From Azolla caroliniana (lineage: Eukaryota > Plantae > Polypodiophyta), in NCBI GenBank assembly GCA_043228905.1, contig JBHGNT010000016.1, forward strand, positions 13,578,001-13,642,000: DNA of 64,000 nt, written 5' to 3'. Below, piece after piece: positions 48,765 through 61,828 of the stretch. The number at the start of each line of letters is the position of its first letter. Within the stretch, counting starts at the first letter, position 1. Made by a program: the position numbers and the translations under genes. The notes under the pieces were generated by a model. It was not told the DNA's origin, searched no databases, and was given only the letters and a program-made list of their open reading frames with translations.

Positions 48765-51128
48765 AGGGGGAGTTTGTTGGGATTTTCGGTCCCTCCGTAT
48801 GGGATGTCCGGAGATGAATGACGGCAGGCCTGGTTGCGGTTACGGAGCCGGATGATGAAGACCCCGGCTACGGAGCCGGATGACGAAGACCCGGCTACGG
48901 AGCTGGATGACGAAGACCCGGTTACGGAGCCGGATGATGAAGACCCCGGCTACGGAGCCGGATGACGAAGACCCGGCTACGGAGCCGGATGATGAAGACC
49001 CCGGTTACGGAGCCGAATGACGAAGTACCCGGAGAGAGAGATCCGGATGCGGAGACTACATTTGTAAATAGCCCGAAAGTCGTATGTGTATAAATATGAC
49101 TTAGGGCAAACAGTTTTAAGTTGTTGTTGCTCATTTTCTGTTTTCCACTGAGAGGAAGCGAAGTGAGAGCAGCCGAGAAAGAGAGTGAGAGAGAAAGAGG
49201 AAGGAAGAGGTCGACGCCTCTGTGTAATACCGCCGCCTGTGGCGAGGACAGCGAGCTCAAGGTCGTCGCCTTGCAGCTCGCCATTGTACATTCCCCGCGT
49301 ATAGTGATAGTTGGAGTCTTGCACTCCCGTGGTTTTTCCCATTTAGGGTTTTCCACGTAAAACATCCAGTGTACCCTTCTCTCTATTGTTTTCGTGCATT
49401 TTGTATTTCCTATTTTCTGTGAGTTGATCCTATTCCTCGGTTGTGGCCGAGCACTGTGACCAACAAAACGCCGTTCTTCAGGAAGCCCACCAGGGAGTAG
49501 CTGGGGGGCACTACGCCGGGGATTCCATAGCAAGGAAAGTTTGGCAAACTGGATTGTGGTGGCCGACAACGAAGAAAGACGCTCACGAGTTTTGCCAGCA
49601 GTGTGATTTGTGCCAACGTCTGGGGCAACCAATGGAACAATCACGGATGCCACACCAGTCGATTCTTCCGTTGGACCCATTTCAAAAATGGGGTTTGGAT
49701 TTTGTAGGCCCTTTCAAACCACCCGCGGCCCGAACAGGGAATAGGTATATTATCGTTGCCACGGATTACTGCACCAAATGGGTCGAGGCTACGGCACTCC
49801 GAGATAACACGGCGGCATCCACGGCTAAATTCGTGTACGAGCACCTCTGGTGCCGTTACGGATGCCCAATCGAGCTCGTTAGTGACAAAGGTGGGCACTT
49901 CATCAATCATATAATACGTGAGCTTACACACCACTACGCGGTGGTGCACAAGAAAAGCACACCATACTAACCGCAGGCGAACAGCTTGGCGGAATCGACC
50001 AATAAAATCCTCCAAACCATACTGAAAAAGATCGTCAATGAAAACAGGACCGATTGGGATGACAAACTCCAGAGCGCATTGTGGGCGTATCGTACGACTT
50101 TCAAAACAAGCATCCAATCAACCCCCTTTCGAATGGCGTTCGGGTTAGACGCCGTAATGCCTGTCGAGTTCCAAGTCCCAAGCCTCCGAGTTCAAGTCAA
50201 AGCACAGCTCCCCGAGGCCCAATCCGAACAATCCTGGCTGGAACAACTCCTCGAACTCGGCGAAGATAGGATAGAGAGTATGGCCCAGCTCGAACAACGC
50301 CAACGGCAACGCAAGGCTTTCGTGGATCAACATCGACACGGGTTGGAGAAGGCGCTCACCATCGGCAAACCAGTTCTTCTTTTCCAAACACAACTCGGGT
50401 CAATGCCGGGAAAATTAAGATTTCGGTGGACCGGTCCATTCTGGATTATCGAAGAGTTCAACGGGACGTTCCAACTCGGCACACTCGCCGGCGACACTGT
50501 CAAAAGCTGGGCCAATGGTTTCCGACTTCGACCATATCGAGGGACTACACCACCCAACCCGTTTACCGAGCCACACGGCACAAACAAGTCTCGGGAGACC
50601 ACCACGGAGGACGCCACGTGTCCCCCTGAATAAGGACTCACCCACCTTCTTGAAATTAATAAAAGTAGTAGTAGGTAGGATTAACCATAGTTTAGCCACT
50701 GATTAGCTACACCTACACCACCCACCTAGGCACCCACAATTTTAGGAGCACCCCTCGCCACCACTCAGTTAGTACCTATTTAAGCACATGCAAAGCACTA
50801 GAAGCACTCCACTCACCTTCAGGACACGTGGTGCGAGTCACTTATTATGGCACCCACGACTCAAAATCTTCAGGATTCGCTTTAGGCACAAAACCCTAGG
50901 AGTAAGTTACTAAAACCGTTTCCAAAACGCAACACAGACCATTATCGCTCCCCATCTCCATCGCTCTCAAGCTCAGAAACCCCGTCTCGCTCTCATCACG
51001 CTAAACGCTCTCGCTCTCATAACCCCTCTGCTGGACTTCCCCTTCCTACTGTTCCTCCTGTGTCTCGCCCTCGCCTCATCACTCTTCTTCACGCTTCCAC
51101 ACAGTTGAACCCCGTCTCCATCTCCACC

Positions 51129-52634
51129 ATGCCTCTTACCGCCTCAACAGAAACCCGCACCTGGCTCCAGGAACGAGGAATGGGCGGTTACCTGAAGATC
51201 ATTGATGTGCCCGCGCACCCAGATGCCCAAACTGTGGCTAAACATATAAGTCCCGAAGCCATCACCAACAACGTGCTTCAGGCTATTTTGGACCTGCAAC
51301 GGGGAGGGGACCATGAGGTCAACATACCCCCGGCATCAAAGATAAAGGCGTACTTCAGTGAGTACTCAGCCTCAGGGTAGGCATATCGCACGTATGGCGG
51401 TCCCAACAAAGCTTTCAGGGAGATTGCTCGTATATTAATGGAGTATGCGTTCGTACATACGAACCCTACGAGCATGCCGCAGAACAAGGCAGCCATCATC
51501 ATCAGCACGTATGAAGGAAACATAATCGATTGGGGAATCATCACAGGCGAGGGACTCCGCGTCGCCTTAGCTTCATTTCAGTCTGGTAAGAAGATGTTGT
51601 CTGTTCTTACCCACTTTTTGATGGTTCTATACCCACCCTCTTCTCTTCCTTCCCCTCGCACACTCACGTCCCCACCACCACCACGAAGGCAAAGAGAGAA
51701 ATTCGATGCCATCAGCCACGAAGCATGGGAGGAGCCCACATCACCTTCACCTCCTGCGGCCGACCAAAACCCCGCATCTGCACCACCACCCACCCAACCC
51801 CAACAAAAAAGGGCAGTTTCCGAGACCTGCCAAAAATGGGAGGAGGAGGTAGCCGCGGAAGACAACACAGCTGATGACGTCACCATTCGACAGCCAACGT
51901 CACGCCCCTCAGTAACGTCCCCAGGACCTAGCCCACGCCCCAACACACAACAGGCTGCACCACCACGACCCCAGAAAAGGAAACAGGCGGAGGAAACGAC
52001 ACTACCGGCCCCGGAACCCCAAACACAGCCAAGCAAGAGAAGATGACTCAACCGCGAGTCCTCGGAAGAACAGAAAGAGCCACAATAGGAGCAAGCCTTA
52101 GTGGTCAGATAGAGCAACCTGGCCATCACCCCTGAGGAGGCATCGCTAAACCAGGGAACGATCGAGCATGGGCAGACAACGTAGATCTCAGAGGATGAAG
52201 TCCTCGAGTATAAGGACCTCCCCGCGGAGGCTTACGAATTTAGTGCGCTCCTACGCCTCAGTACGTCATTCGAGCTGGTCGACTTCCTCGCCAAAGCCCA
52301 AGTCACGGCAGCCACTCGAATGGCGGAGGAGCACGCCGAAACAAAAATGATTCAACGCGCGCTAATAGGTGAAATTGAGCCCCAGGAGGACAGGGCTTTA
52401 CAAAAAATCAGGAGGAAGAAGCAGGCAAAATAGGCTGCTCTCCTCATGGAGGTCCCCGAGTTGAACACGGCCCTTATCGAGGCATATCGGGACCTGGATC
52501 GCACTACGCGGGCAGCCAAAGACATGGCCCGAAAGATAAAAATAGCCCAAAAACAGGCTAAGATGGCTACAGAACTATGGCACGCTGCGAACCAGAAGCT
52601 GGCAGCCTGGGAGCAAAACCGGTCGGAACAACAA
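51129..52634 (+). pseudogene. Extra sense-strand ORF downstream of pol in element G (truncated)
   Basis: MPLTASTETRTWLQERGMGGYL...YFSEYS...AYRTYGG...EYAFVH...IDWG, followed by a Pro-rich linker and coiled coil. Homologous to 27306 onward. Confidence 0.7.
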
Positions 52635-52849
52635 CTATCGAAGGTGTTCACCCAAAGGAACGGGTAACATTACCTTGGATGGCGAAGGCTTCCAGCCGTA
52701 TGCTCCACAGAAGTGACCTACCACCAAGATCTCTGGTGGCCCGAATGCAGATTTGTCTCCCGAAAATTTCAAATTCGCTTCTTCGAGCCTTTGGAGCACC
52801 ATCTCACAATCTTTCATATGATCCACGACGAACTTTCTGCATCCATCCT

Positions 52850-55800
52850 TGTGGAAACAAATAGCATGCGAATGCAATAGAAAACAGAAAGCAGAAAACA
52901 GGTTTAATGGAGAGCTTAATAGTACGCTGGAGAGACAGAGAGAGCACACCGAAACTCAATTCAAAAAATACTACTCAGTCTGTACATCGTATGTGTTCAG
53001 TGAACACTTTTATACAAGTCCATCCGGATTGACAGAAGTATGGTGTACTTCAATGCTTACACGAGCGTCTGACACTAACTACAAGATGTTAACTCCCTAG
53101 TAGACTACCAGCTACTTGGCTTCTGGTTATTGCTTATCCAGCTAACCAGCTCCCTAGCTCACCGGCTCACCCTTCTGGATGCCGATCCGGATCTGGTTGA
53201 GCTTGCTGCTCAACACTCCCCCTCAAGCTCAATTTGAGGTCGGATCATGGTGTCAGTGTCTATGGCTACCGGTCCTTCCATCTGGCTCCTTCTGGCGTCA
53301 CTCCGCCTCGCTCGCGCTCCTCGTCCGGTCCGGTCCGGTTTTCCGCAACCCTTCTATTCCTGCGCACCTCAACTTCCTTGGTTGGCTTGTCTGCTCAACA
53401 GGCCCAATTCAGCTCCCTCGCTGTTGTGACTTTGGTTTTTGCTGATTTGCCAATCCCTTCGTGTTGGCATCGACTTTTGCTGCCTTCTTGTCCTCTTGGC
53501 TTGCAATTCATTCCGGTTCTTCTGAATCCTTCTGTAGAACCGAATCGGTTGTCTCTGATTCGTTCCAGCTCTTGTCTGAATCGGTTGCTCCCGATTCGTC
53601 TTCTGTTTCCAGGCCCTTCACCACATCGGACCATGTCTGGGTCTTGGCCTTCTTCTTCCGGTAGGCTCTGCCCCTTCCTGACTCTACCTTCAATGCCGCT
53701 TGTTCTAACCTGTTCGGATGTGTCAACTTCCTTTGTCAACTTGGCTCCTTTCTTCTTCCTGTCTCTCCCCTTGTCGGTTCTTCCCCCACCAGCACAGTCG
53801 GCAGTCTCTTTGCCTTTGCCCGTTCCGGTGGTGTCTTTGCCCATTCTCCCCCTCAAGTGTGGCACGTCGAGATGCTGAACACCAAGCATTTTGGTGAAGT
53901 GTTGCAACTTGTCCGATCCGAGCGGTTTGGTGAAGATGTCGGCAACCAGTCGATCCGTATGAACATACTGAAGTGCGACTTCACCGCTCAGGACACGCTC
54001 ACGCACGAAGTTGTAGTGCACTTCGATGTGCTTTGTGCGAGCATGGAATACGGGGTTCTTGGCGAGCTGCATGTTGCTTATGTTGTCGCAATAGATCAGG
54101 ATCAAGGTTAGCATCTCGATCTGTAGGTCTTGTAGCAGTCGCCGAAGCCGAAAGGTGGCAATGGTAGCGCCCCGGTATTCAGCCTCAGTGCTCGAAAGAG
54201 CCACTACTGGCTGCTTTCTGCTGCTCCATGCAACAACCGCGCTACCAAGGGAAAACATATAACCGGAAGTGTAGCGGTGATCTGATGCATTTCCGGCCCA
54301 ATCGGCATCCATGTAGCCGACTAGCTCTTCGGTCATACCGCGTCGGTATAACAATCCCCGGTCCTTCGTGCCGCTCACATACCACAATATTCGGTGTGTG
54401 CACTGAAGATGCTCGACAGTCGGCTTCTGCATGAATTGACTAATCACACCGACTGGATAGCTAATGTCGGGTCAGGTGATGGTCAAATATATAAGGCTTC
54501 CGACAATTTGTCGGAACCATTTCTCATCACAGGCCAGTCGAAGTTGGGACATAGCTTCTGTTTCCGGTCCAAGGGTGTAGAAATAGGGCGGCATTCCGTC
54601 ATGCCGAACTTTTACAACATATTCAACACATAGTGTCTTTGTGAGAGCAATATGCCGTTGGGGGTTCGGATCACCTCGATCCCAAGGAAATAGTGAAGGT
54701 CCCCGAGGTCCTTCATCTTAAATGCATCCGACAGCTGGGACTTGACTCGGTTGATTTCATCGAGTCCGGGTCCGGTGATGACTAGATCATCAACATCCAC
54801 TAAGATGCAAACGGGACCGTCCAGACTGTGCCGGATGAACAACAAAGATTCGGACTTGGAGGCCAAAAAACCCAACTTACGCAACCGGTGCGTAATCTTT
54901 GCATTCCAAGCTCGAGGGTCTTGCTTCAGGCCATAAAGTGACTTCTTCAGCCAGCATACAACCGACTTGTTCATCTCCAACTGAAAACCGGGAGGTTGGG
55001 TCATAAAGACCTCTTCTTCTAGATCGCCTTGAAGAAATGCATTCTTCACGTCCATCTGGTGAAGATGCCATTCCCTTGCCGCAACAACCGCCAGCACCAC
55101 ACGAACCATCGTCATCTTCGCTACCGGAGCGCAGGTCTCGTCGTAGTCGATGTCGTGGGTCCCACTAACCGGGCCTTGTACCGGTTAACTCAACCGTCGG
55201 CATTGTACTTTACCCTGTACACCCACTTGCATCTGATCGGTTTACTATGACGGGGAGGGTCAACCAAGTCCCATGTATCGTTGGCATCAAGTGCCCGCAT
55301 CTCTTCCTCCATAGCGGCACTCCAATTTGCATCCCTTGCCGCTTCTACGTAGCTCTCCGATTCACGCACTTCCACCACCTGGGTCATATACGCATAGTGA
55401 TGCGCCATGTACTCATTGTACCTGTACCACTTAACAGGTTCCTTCTGGTGGGTTGACCCGCGTACCCCACCGTTACCCGATTTGAGGCCCTTCTTGGCCG
55501 GTTCGGTCTTCAGTGCCAAAGAGCTGTCATTTTCCTTTCCGGAGTTGGATCCGCTCTGATCCGACTCATCATTACCGGTTTCATGATCCGGCATCTTCTT
55601 CTTCCCCTTCTCTTTGCGCGTGAACCATCTCCTCGGTTCCTTGCGCGGGGAGAGCATGGTAGAGTCTTCACCACTCATCGGTTTGTCTTCTGACTAGTCA
55701 GATTGACCCAGCCTCTCGTTCGGCCCACTCAACCGAAACAATTCCAGACTCTCTTCTTGAGTCCCGGATTCATCATCTTTTGTCTGGGCTGGTTCAAGCT

Positions 55801-57237
55801 CACTAGCCTCATCCTCCGATATCGGCTCGGGGTCGGAAGTCAGAGCGGATAAGGCATACCATAATGCCGTCTCATCAAACTCAACATCGCGGCTAACTTG
55901 AACCTGCTTCGTCCGGGGGTTATAACACTTATACCCCTTTTGCTCATGTGAGTAGACGACGAGGATGCACTTCTCCGATTTTGCATCCAGCTTCCTCCGG
56001 TGCCACCTTGACTCCTCCTGGTTGTGGAGGTCCCAGAACTACCGTCAGCACGGTCTTTGTGCCGTCGGTTTTGCCCTTGCCAACCGCCTCCATTGCATGC
56101 CGACCCGCCTCGTCCACCACGCCCACAGGGCCGATCCACCTCTATGTACAACATCCGGTTGTCGGTGGGTGCACTTGTTGACGCACCGGCGTGGTTCTCC
56201 TCTACAAGGAGCATCAATTGTACGTCAAAAAATGTCGGTGTATTCTCCCTCGTACATATTGTTGTCCGGAAAGCTCAGAACTTAGACGCCAAGCCCCCAA
56301 GACAAACTTGTACCATCTCGTCTTCCTCTACTATGACGTTGATGGAGGCAAGCGAGTCACAGATCTCTTTGGTTTGGGCCGTTTAATTAGCCACTGACCT
56401 GTCCTTCTGATGGACATTGCTCAACTCTTGTCGGAGTTGCAGCTTCCAGGCTGTAGTGCTTGTGGCGGACACCTTCTTCAGGTTTCCCCAAGCCTCTTTC
56501 GGCGTCTTGGCATCTCGGACGTGGCTCAGCAGCTGGTCTCCGACACTAGATGCGAAGCAGTACATCACTCTTCTTGTCGATTGTTCCCACATCAGGAAGT
56601 CCTTGTGTGCCGCATCAGGTGTTGTGTCGTTAGCTTTGTCGACATAGCTCCAGTAACCATGCCCAAGCAGGTACTGGTGCATCTTGTATGACCAAGATGC
56701 ATAGTTGGATCTGTTGATCTTCTCCACCGGGAGCGAGCTAGCCATTCCTCTATCCATTTGTTGTTGTTTTTTTGTTCTTTACAAAGGTTAGGTTTTCTTT
56801 GTGCGAAAGCAAATGTCGGCTACAAAGGTTCTCAACCCTCACGCTCTGATACCATGTAGAAACAAATAGCGTGCGGAACCAATAGAAAACAGAAAGCAAA
56901 AAACAGGTTTAATGGAGAGCTTAACAGTACGCGGGAGAGACAGAGAGAGAACACAGAAACTCAATTCAAAAAATACTACTCAGTCTGTACATCGTATGTG
57001 TTCAGTGAACACTTTTATACAAGTCCATCCGGACTGACAAAAGTACGGTGTACTTCAATGCTCACACGAGTGTCTAACACTAACTATAAGATATTAACTC
57101 CCTAGTAGACTAGTAGCTACTTGGCTTCCGGTTACTGCTTGATCCAACTAACTGGCTCCCCAGCTAACCGGCTCTCTTGCTCACCGGCTCACCCTTCTGG
57201 ATGCCGATCCGGATCCAGTTGAGCTTGGTGCTCAACA
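52850..57237 (-). mobile_element. Element H: internally deleted Ty1/copia related to D
   Basis: LTRs 52850-53215 and 56855-57237; TSD ATCCT; iMet PBS 56843-56854; PPT at 53216. gag is fused near 56000 directly to the post-integrase RRKLDAKSEKC segment (PR and INT core missing). RT/RNaseH 53850-55300. Confidence 0.95.
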
Positions 57238-60200
57238 ATCCTTATCTTTCAATTCATCCTTCTTCTCATCCGAACATCATTTTATCGAAATATCATCCAA
57301 GAATGGCATCGTGATGCCCGGGATGCAATCCTTCAACACCTTGTTCATGACATTAACCATATGAGCTACCGAGTTCATTGCACCTTGAGGTAAGGTACAC
57401 ATCCACACAAGCCCGATCGGAGTCCTCATGGTTGTAATGTCACGACTGTCGACCACCAACTGGAATTGATCATACCCTGAGTAGAGATCACCAATGGAGT
57501 AGATGGACGGGCCCGCAAACGCCTCAGCAAATTCATCCACACTCGGAACGATTCCAACATTCCGAATTGTAACCTTGTTGACGGGTTGAAGATCTTGGAT
57601 GAATCGCAACGATCCATTCTTCTTCGGCACCGTGAACCACCTATTAGAATAAGGAGTGTTCAACGGTTCCAAAATTCTCATATTCACCTTCTCCTTTAAG
57701 AGCTTAATCAGCTTCGGTAGGTGTGCTCTTGGAACTGGTATCGGTTCCAAATTCCAAAGCACATGCGGCACTGTGACGATCACCATCGGTTCTACTGTTC
57801 TTGGATCAGCAAATCCAGTTTCCTATTGGAAAAATACAAAGGCCTTCCCATGTCTTTCGCTCCTCTTTAGGGAGGAGGAAATCCTCCCTTCCAACTCATA
57901 ACTTTCATTTTGCCTCTTCTGTGAAGACGTAACCTATTGTCTTTGGATTCCTGAAGCTTGGATCTTTTGCAACTTCCTTCATCTATTGCCAGTTATCTTC
58001 CGGTAGCGGAACTGTAACTGGCTTGATCTTGCTATCCACCGTTTTATATTTTGTGTTGACTTCAGCTTCCTCCATCAAGATGCCTCGATGATATTCATCG
58101 ATGATAGCGTACATGTTGACGGAGTTAACCGAAATCACATGTTCATCGCGAGGATTGCTCAAGTCCACGACTTCCTCGATTTCGCCGATGGTGTTGTTAA
58201 ATGAGGCTTCCTCTAGAATATGAGACATGAATTCTTCTTCTTCGATTATGCTTTCTTCTTTCAGCACCATCTTGAAGTCTTGTATCTGGCACTTGTCCTT
58301 CTTATTGAGTAGTGTTAGTTTGCATGCACCACTAGGTGTGACGCATGTTGCTTCTCCTTGCAATCCACATGCTCTGCTTCCTTGTGGGGACTTATGATTG
58401 CTCGGACTATTTTTGCCTCATGCTTCAATAGTCCTCTTTAAAAATCCGGGGATTCACCTCCAAGGCTATCTCGGTTCCTTGTGATTAGCTCGCACCGTTG
58501 GGAACTGAACAAATCTTTTACCGTCAAGATTCTTGACTCGCACGAAGCTTGCTCCATTATCGAACACCTTGGTCTCCATCTGGGACGATTCTATATACAG
58601 TTGTCCTAGGATGATAGGATGAGAAGCCGGGTCTTGCACGAAGAAGTGTTGATCAATCTCTACATCCCCGATCATGACTTTAACATTGGGGCAAGCTCTG
58701 TACAAGTCCTCCGTGGCCTTTGTCGCCGCTCGAATCCTCCATCAGTGGTTTGTATTAATCCGCCATCTTCCTTTCTTGTACAACTCGGTCGACATGAGGT
58801 TGATCTCCGAGCCATGGACAATCAAGGCTACCACGGTCTCTTTCTTCTCCCCGATCTTCACCGGTGTCTCCGTTGTCGCTCTTGCCCAATGAGGTCGAGA
58901 GTAATGGCTATCCACCATCACTTCTTCTTCCTCCTCCTCTTTCGAACTTTCCATGGTTATGGCACTGGTTTTCACCTCCTCTTCATCCGATTGTTTCCAC
59001 TCCCGCTTAATAAGATCCACGATAGTATCGTGGAACTCCTTCTTAGCGATCCCAAGCAGTTCTCTCCAAGTTAGGTTGACATGACTGTCTAGAACCTTCT
59101 CCTCAAGGACCTTCCGCAAGTCAGTTGTTTGTTCTATGTCCAACCTTATCTTGTAAGTCCACGCCGCTTGTTCTTTTCCTTTCTTCGTAGGTTCATTGAC
59201 TTACATCCGAGCAGATTGGCTCAATCCACCGGGCTTCATGCTTGTTTCTCCAACCTCTTTTCGTGGCGTAGGTTGGACTTGCCCTTCTTTCCCTACATTC
59301 CTCGTGTTGGGATGCTTTGATGTGCCATTGTCTTCACCAGTTCTTTTCCTCTTCTCTTTAACAAGAGCTTCAAAGTTGTCGCACACAACCTCCGCAAAGC
59401 TTGTGTTATCGTCGACTGGATCTGACCATCCGGTAACTCATTGCACATTTTGATCAGCAAGTTTGAGATTGTCCAAATCGATCATTGGCCAAAACCCAGC
59501 TCCCAGCTTGATTATTTTTAGATTCTCTTTTCCAATTCGTATCCCGGCTGATGCGGCATAGTGCATAGCTTCCACATGCCTTGCATCTTCCTCTTCTACA
59601 ATCTTTTTCAACCCGCCTCTTCCGAAGTTCACTCGTAATAGCTTCTGGGTCTCACTCAAGTGGATCATGTTGCCATCCAAATAGACGACGTTCTTGCAAA
59701 TCGCATCGTGCAAGTCAGTGTATTCCCTTCGTGGATGCTCGAAGCTGTCATACCACACACATCTAAATGCTTGTTTTCCCTTGGGCCCGCGTCAACCTAA
59801 GTTGGCTAGCGATACCGCTTCAAACTTGTTGGAGAGTTGTTCGATTATAGACTCCTCCATCGCTTTCTTATCGAAATTGTTGATCGTCTTGCTAGGCTCG
59901 ATCATTGTAGGCATCTCCCTCCACGATTGTGGATTCTCCATGTAAGTCTCCTCTAGCCATTGTCGACGCTTATCAAGACGGCTACAAGCCTTCTTCACTG
60001 CCGCCTAGTTCGCTACCAAGCCATTTGGTTGCATTTCATCCTCCAAAAGGCTACCCAATTCTCGCTGGTCTTTCATATCCACCGCCTTTAGGAATAGTAG
60101 GACTTGATCTCCATCAAGAACTCGTTGATCAGCTCTCAGAAGTTGGTTGTAATTTTGGTCGAATTCCACATATACTCCCGATGTACACAGATTCTTCCCT

Positions 60201-60642
60201 TTCTTCTCGATCCAAATCATTAGTGTATGTCGAGTCATCCTTGATGCATCTTCAAGCATGTATTCAGCAAGAAGCGCCTTTTCGAACTCCCCCCAAGTTG
60301 TGTGCTCGTTTTGGATCTCCATGATGCGCTCACGGATCCTTGGCACCACCGCACGCTTAAAGCTAGAAATTTGTTTCAGATCGTGGACATCTCTCTGCTA
60401 CATCTCGTTCCGATAAGTAGCAAGGAAATTCGTGATGTTCTTGCCACCAAATTGTCTAGCTATCTCCACCGTTCGATCAATATCTTTGTCGATTAAAGCC
60501 TCTCAATCCCTCGCCTTCAACATGTATTCCACAACGAACACCATGCCTTTCGTTAATTCCTCTCCTTGAGTTTCGTTTGTCAAAACCATCATCGCACTTG
60601 ATATCCTCCTGTCGCCTCGTTTCACGTCGGGTTCACCAAAGA

Positions 60643-61828
60643 TCTAACGAAAATACAACAAAGACATATGAGTTTGAGGCAGGACCCCAAGGCCTCCGAC
60701 CAAAGGATATCAGATTCGTGTGTTTATGTTTTATGAATTAACGGAAATGAGAAAATTTAGTGATTTTCATTAGCAAAGAAAAAGAAAAGTACAATGTATC
60801 CCGAGATTGGGATTCCAAAAGTTCTAGCTATAGAGATTAATTGAGTAATAGTTTAGAAGAAACGGAGATATGGCTTCGATAAGAAAATTAGGGTTAGGAT
60901 TTCTTTGAGGGATAGATTCGATAAGAAAAATTAGGATTTATGGCTTCGATCAGAAAATTAGGGTTCTTTGCTTCAATAAGAAAATTAGGACTCAGGCCCT
61001 CCTCGAGAGATAGCTTTCAATAAGATAATTAGGATTCCCTTCTTTTTCCCAAAAAATACACTTGCATTAAGGAACTTCAGTTTTTGCCTCTCCAGTTCCA
61101 TTGTATGCGTCACACGTGGCGTTTACTTTAGGTGCATGGTCTCCACATTCAGTTGCATACGTTTACATGACCTTTACTTTAATTTACTTTACTTTACTTT
61201 AGCTCACCGCAGGATCCTATCATCCGTAAAGGTCGGCCCGTGCATGATCCTATCCTCCGTCATGATCCTATAATCCGTAAAGTTCGGCCCATGCATGATC
61301 AGTCACCGCATGATCCTATCATCCGAAATGTTCAGCCTGTGCATGATTTGTCACCACATGATCCTATCATCCATAAAGTTCGGCCCGTGGATGATCCGTC
61401 TGTCTCGACCGACCTGGTCCGCGCTCGGTCTGCACCCGACCTGATCCGTCCTGCCCGGTTCCGGTTCCATCCAAAACCATTACGAGTAGTTAAGCCAAAT
61501 CCATCCATTTGAATAGTTTAGCCCAAGTCCAACCATTCCTTCTGTGCTCCTAACACATAGACATAAAGTAATGGTCTCTTGTCTACTTATGTAGTGCTAG
61601 GTCCAAAAGTTTCCTATCTATGTGGGATATCTTAAAGTTCTGTTTTTTCCTCTTTTTCTTCTCCAACTTCACACTCACATAACTTGACACTTACTTGTTT
61701 GTTTCATATGTAGTAAAATGCATTCGAAAACTCTTGAAGACATCTATCTTTCTATAACAAAGCATTAAGCTAATATAAAATAATTATTTCATTATTTTCT
61801 TATATAGTGTGTGAAGAATCACACGACA
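60643..61828 (-). repeat. 5' LTR of element F with internal tandem repeats
   Basis: Adjacent to the Trp PBS. Repeats GCTTCGATAAGAAAATTAGG (60870-61030) and CATGATCCTATCATCCG (61210-61400). Confidence 0.85.

Larger units (their letters stand above)
43971..49465 (+). mobile_element. Element J: very young full-length Ty1/copia (Tnt1/Tork-like)
   Basis: 691-bp LTRs 43971-44661 and 48775-49465 with only one difference seen. iMet PBS 44664-44675; PPT 48763-48772; TSD GAACG/AAACG (one mismatch). Confidence 0.98.
35029..52669 (+). mobile_element. Element G: Ty3/gypsy (tRNA-Arg family) with gag-PR-RT-RNaseH-INT + extra ORF; 3' LTR mostly deleted; hosts an LTR, I and J
   Basis: 5' LTR 35029-35486; PBS TGGCACGCCCGGT at 35492; last 35 bp of the LTR repeated at 52635-52669; TSD TTACC (35024-35028/52670-52674). 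PR IIDGGFGVNVI, RT FLDDF, RNaseH VDASD, INT with GPF/Y motif (RWTGPF). Confidence 0.93.
32129..61828 (-). mobile_element. Element F: degenerate Ty3/gypsy (tRNA-Trp family), host of a solo LTR, G and H
   Basis: 5' LTR 60643-61828; perfect Trp PBS 60621-60638; gag/PR/RT 57243-60600. RT continues at 52675-52849 and RNaseH/INT at 32488-35028 (RYAQVKRELWG, LWADRTTHSTVTGY, RWFGPY). Partial 3' LTR 32129-32423 matches 61528-61828. Confidence 0.9.

Noticed and set aside
60621-60638. tRNA-Trp gene
   Set aside because: Only the 3' 18 nt including CCA are present, adjacent to an LTR. This is a primer-binding site (likewise 43186-43203).
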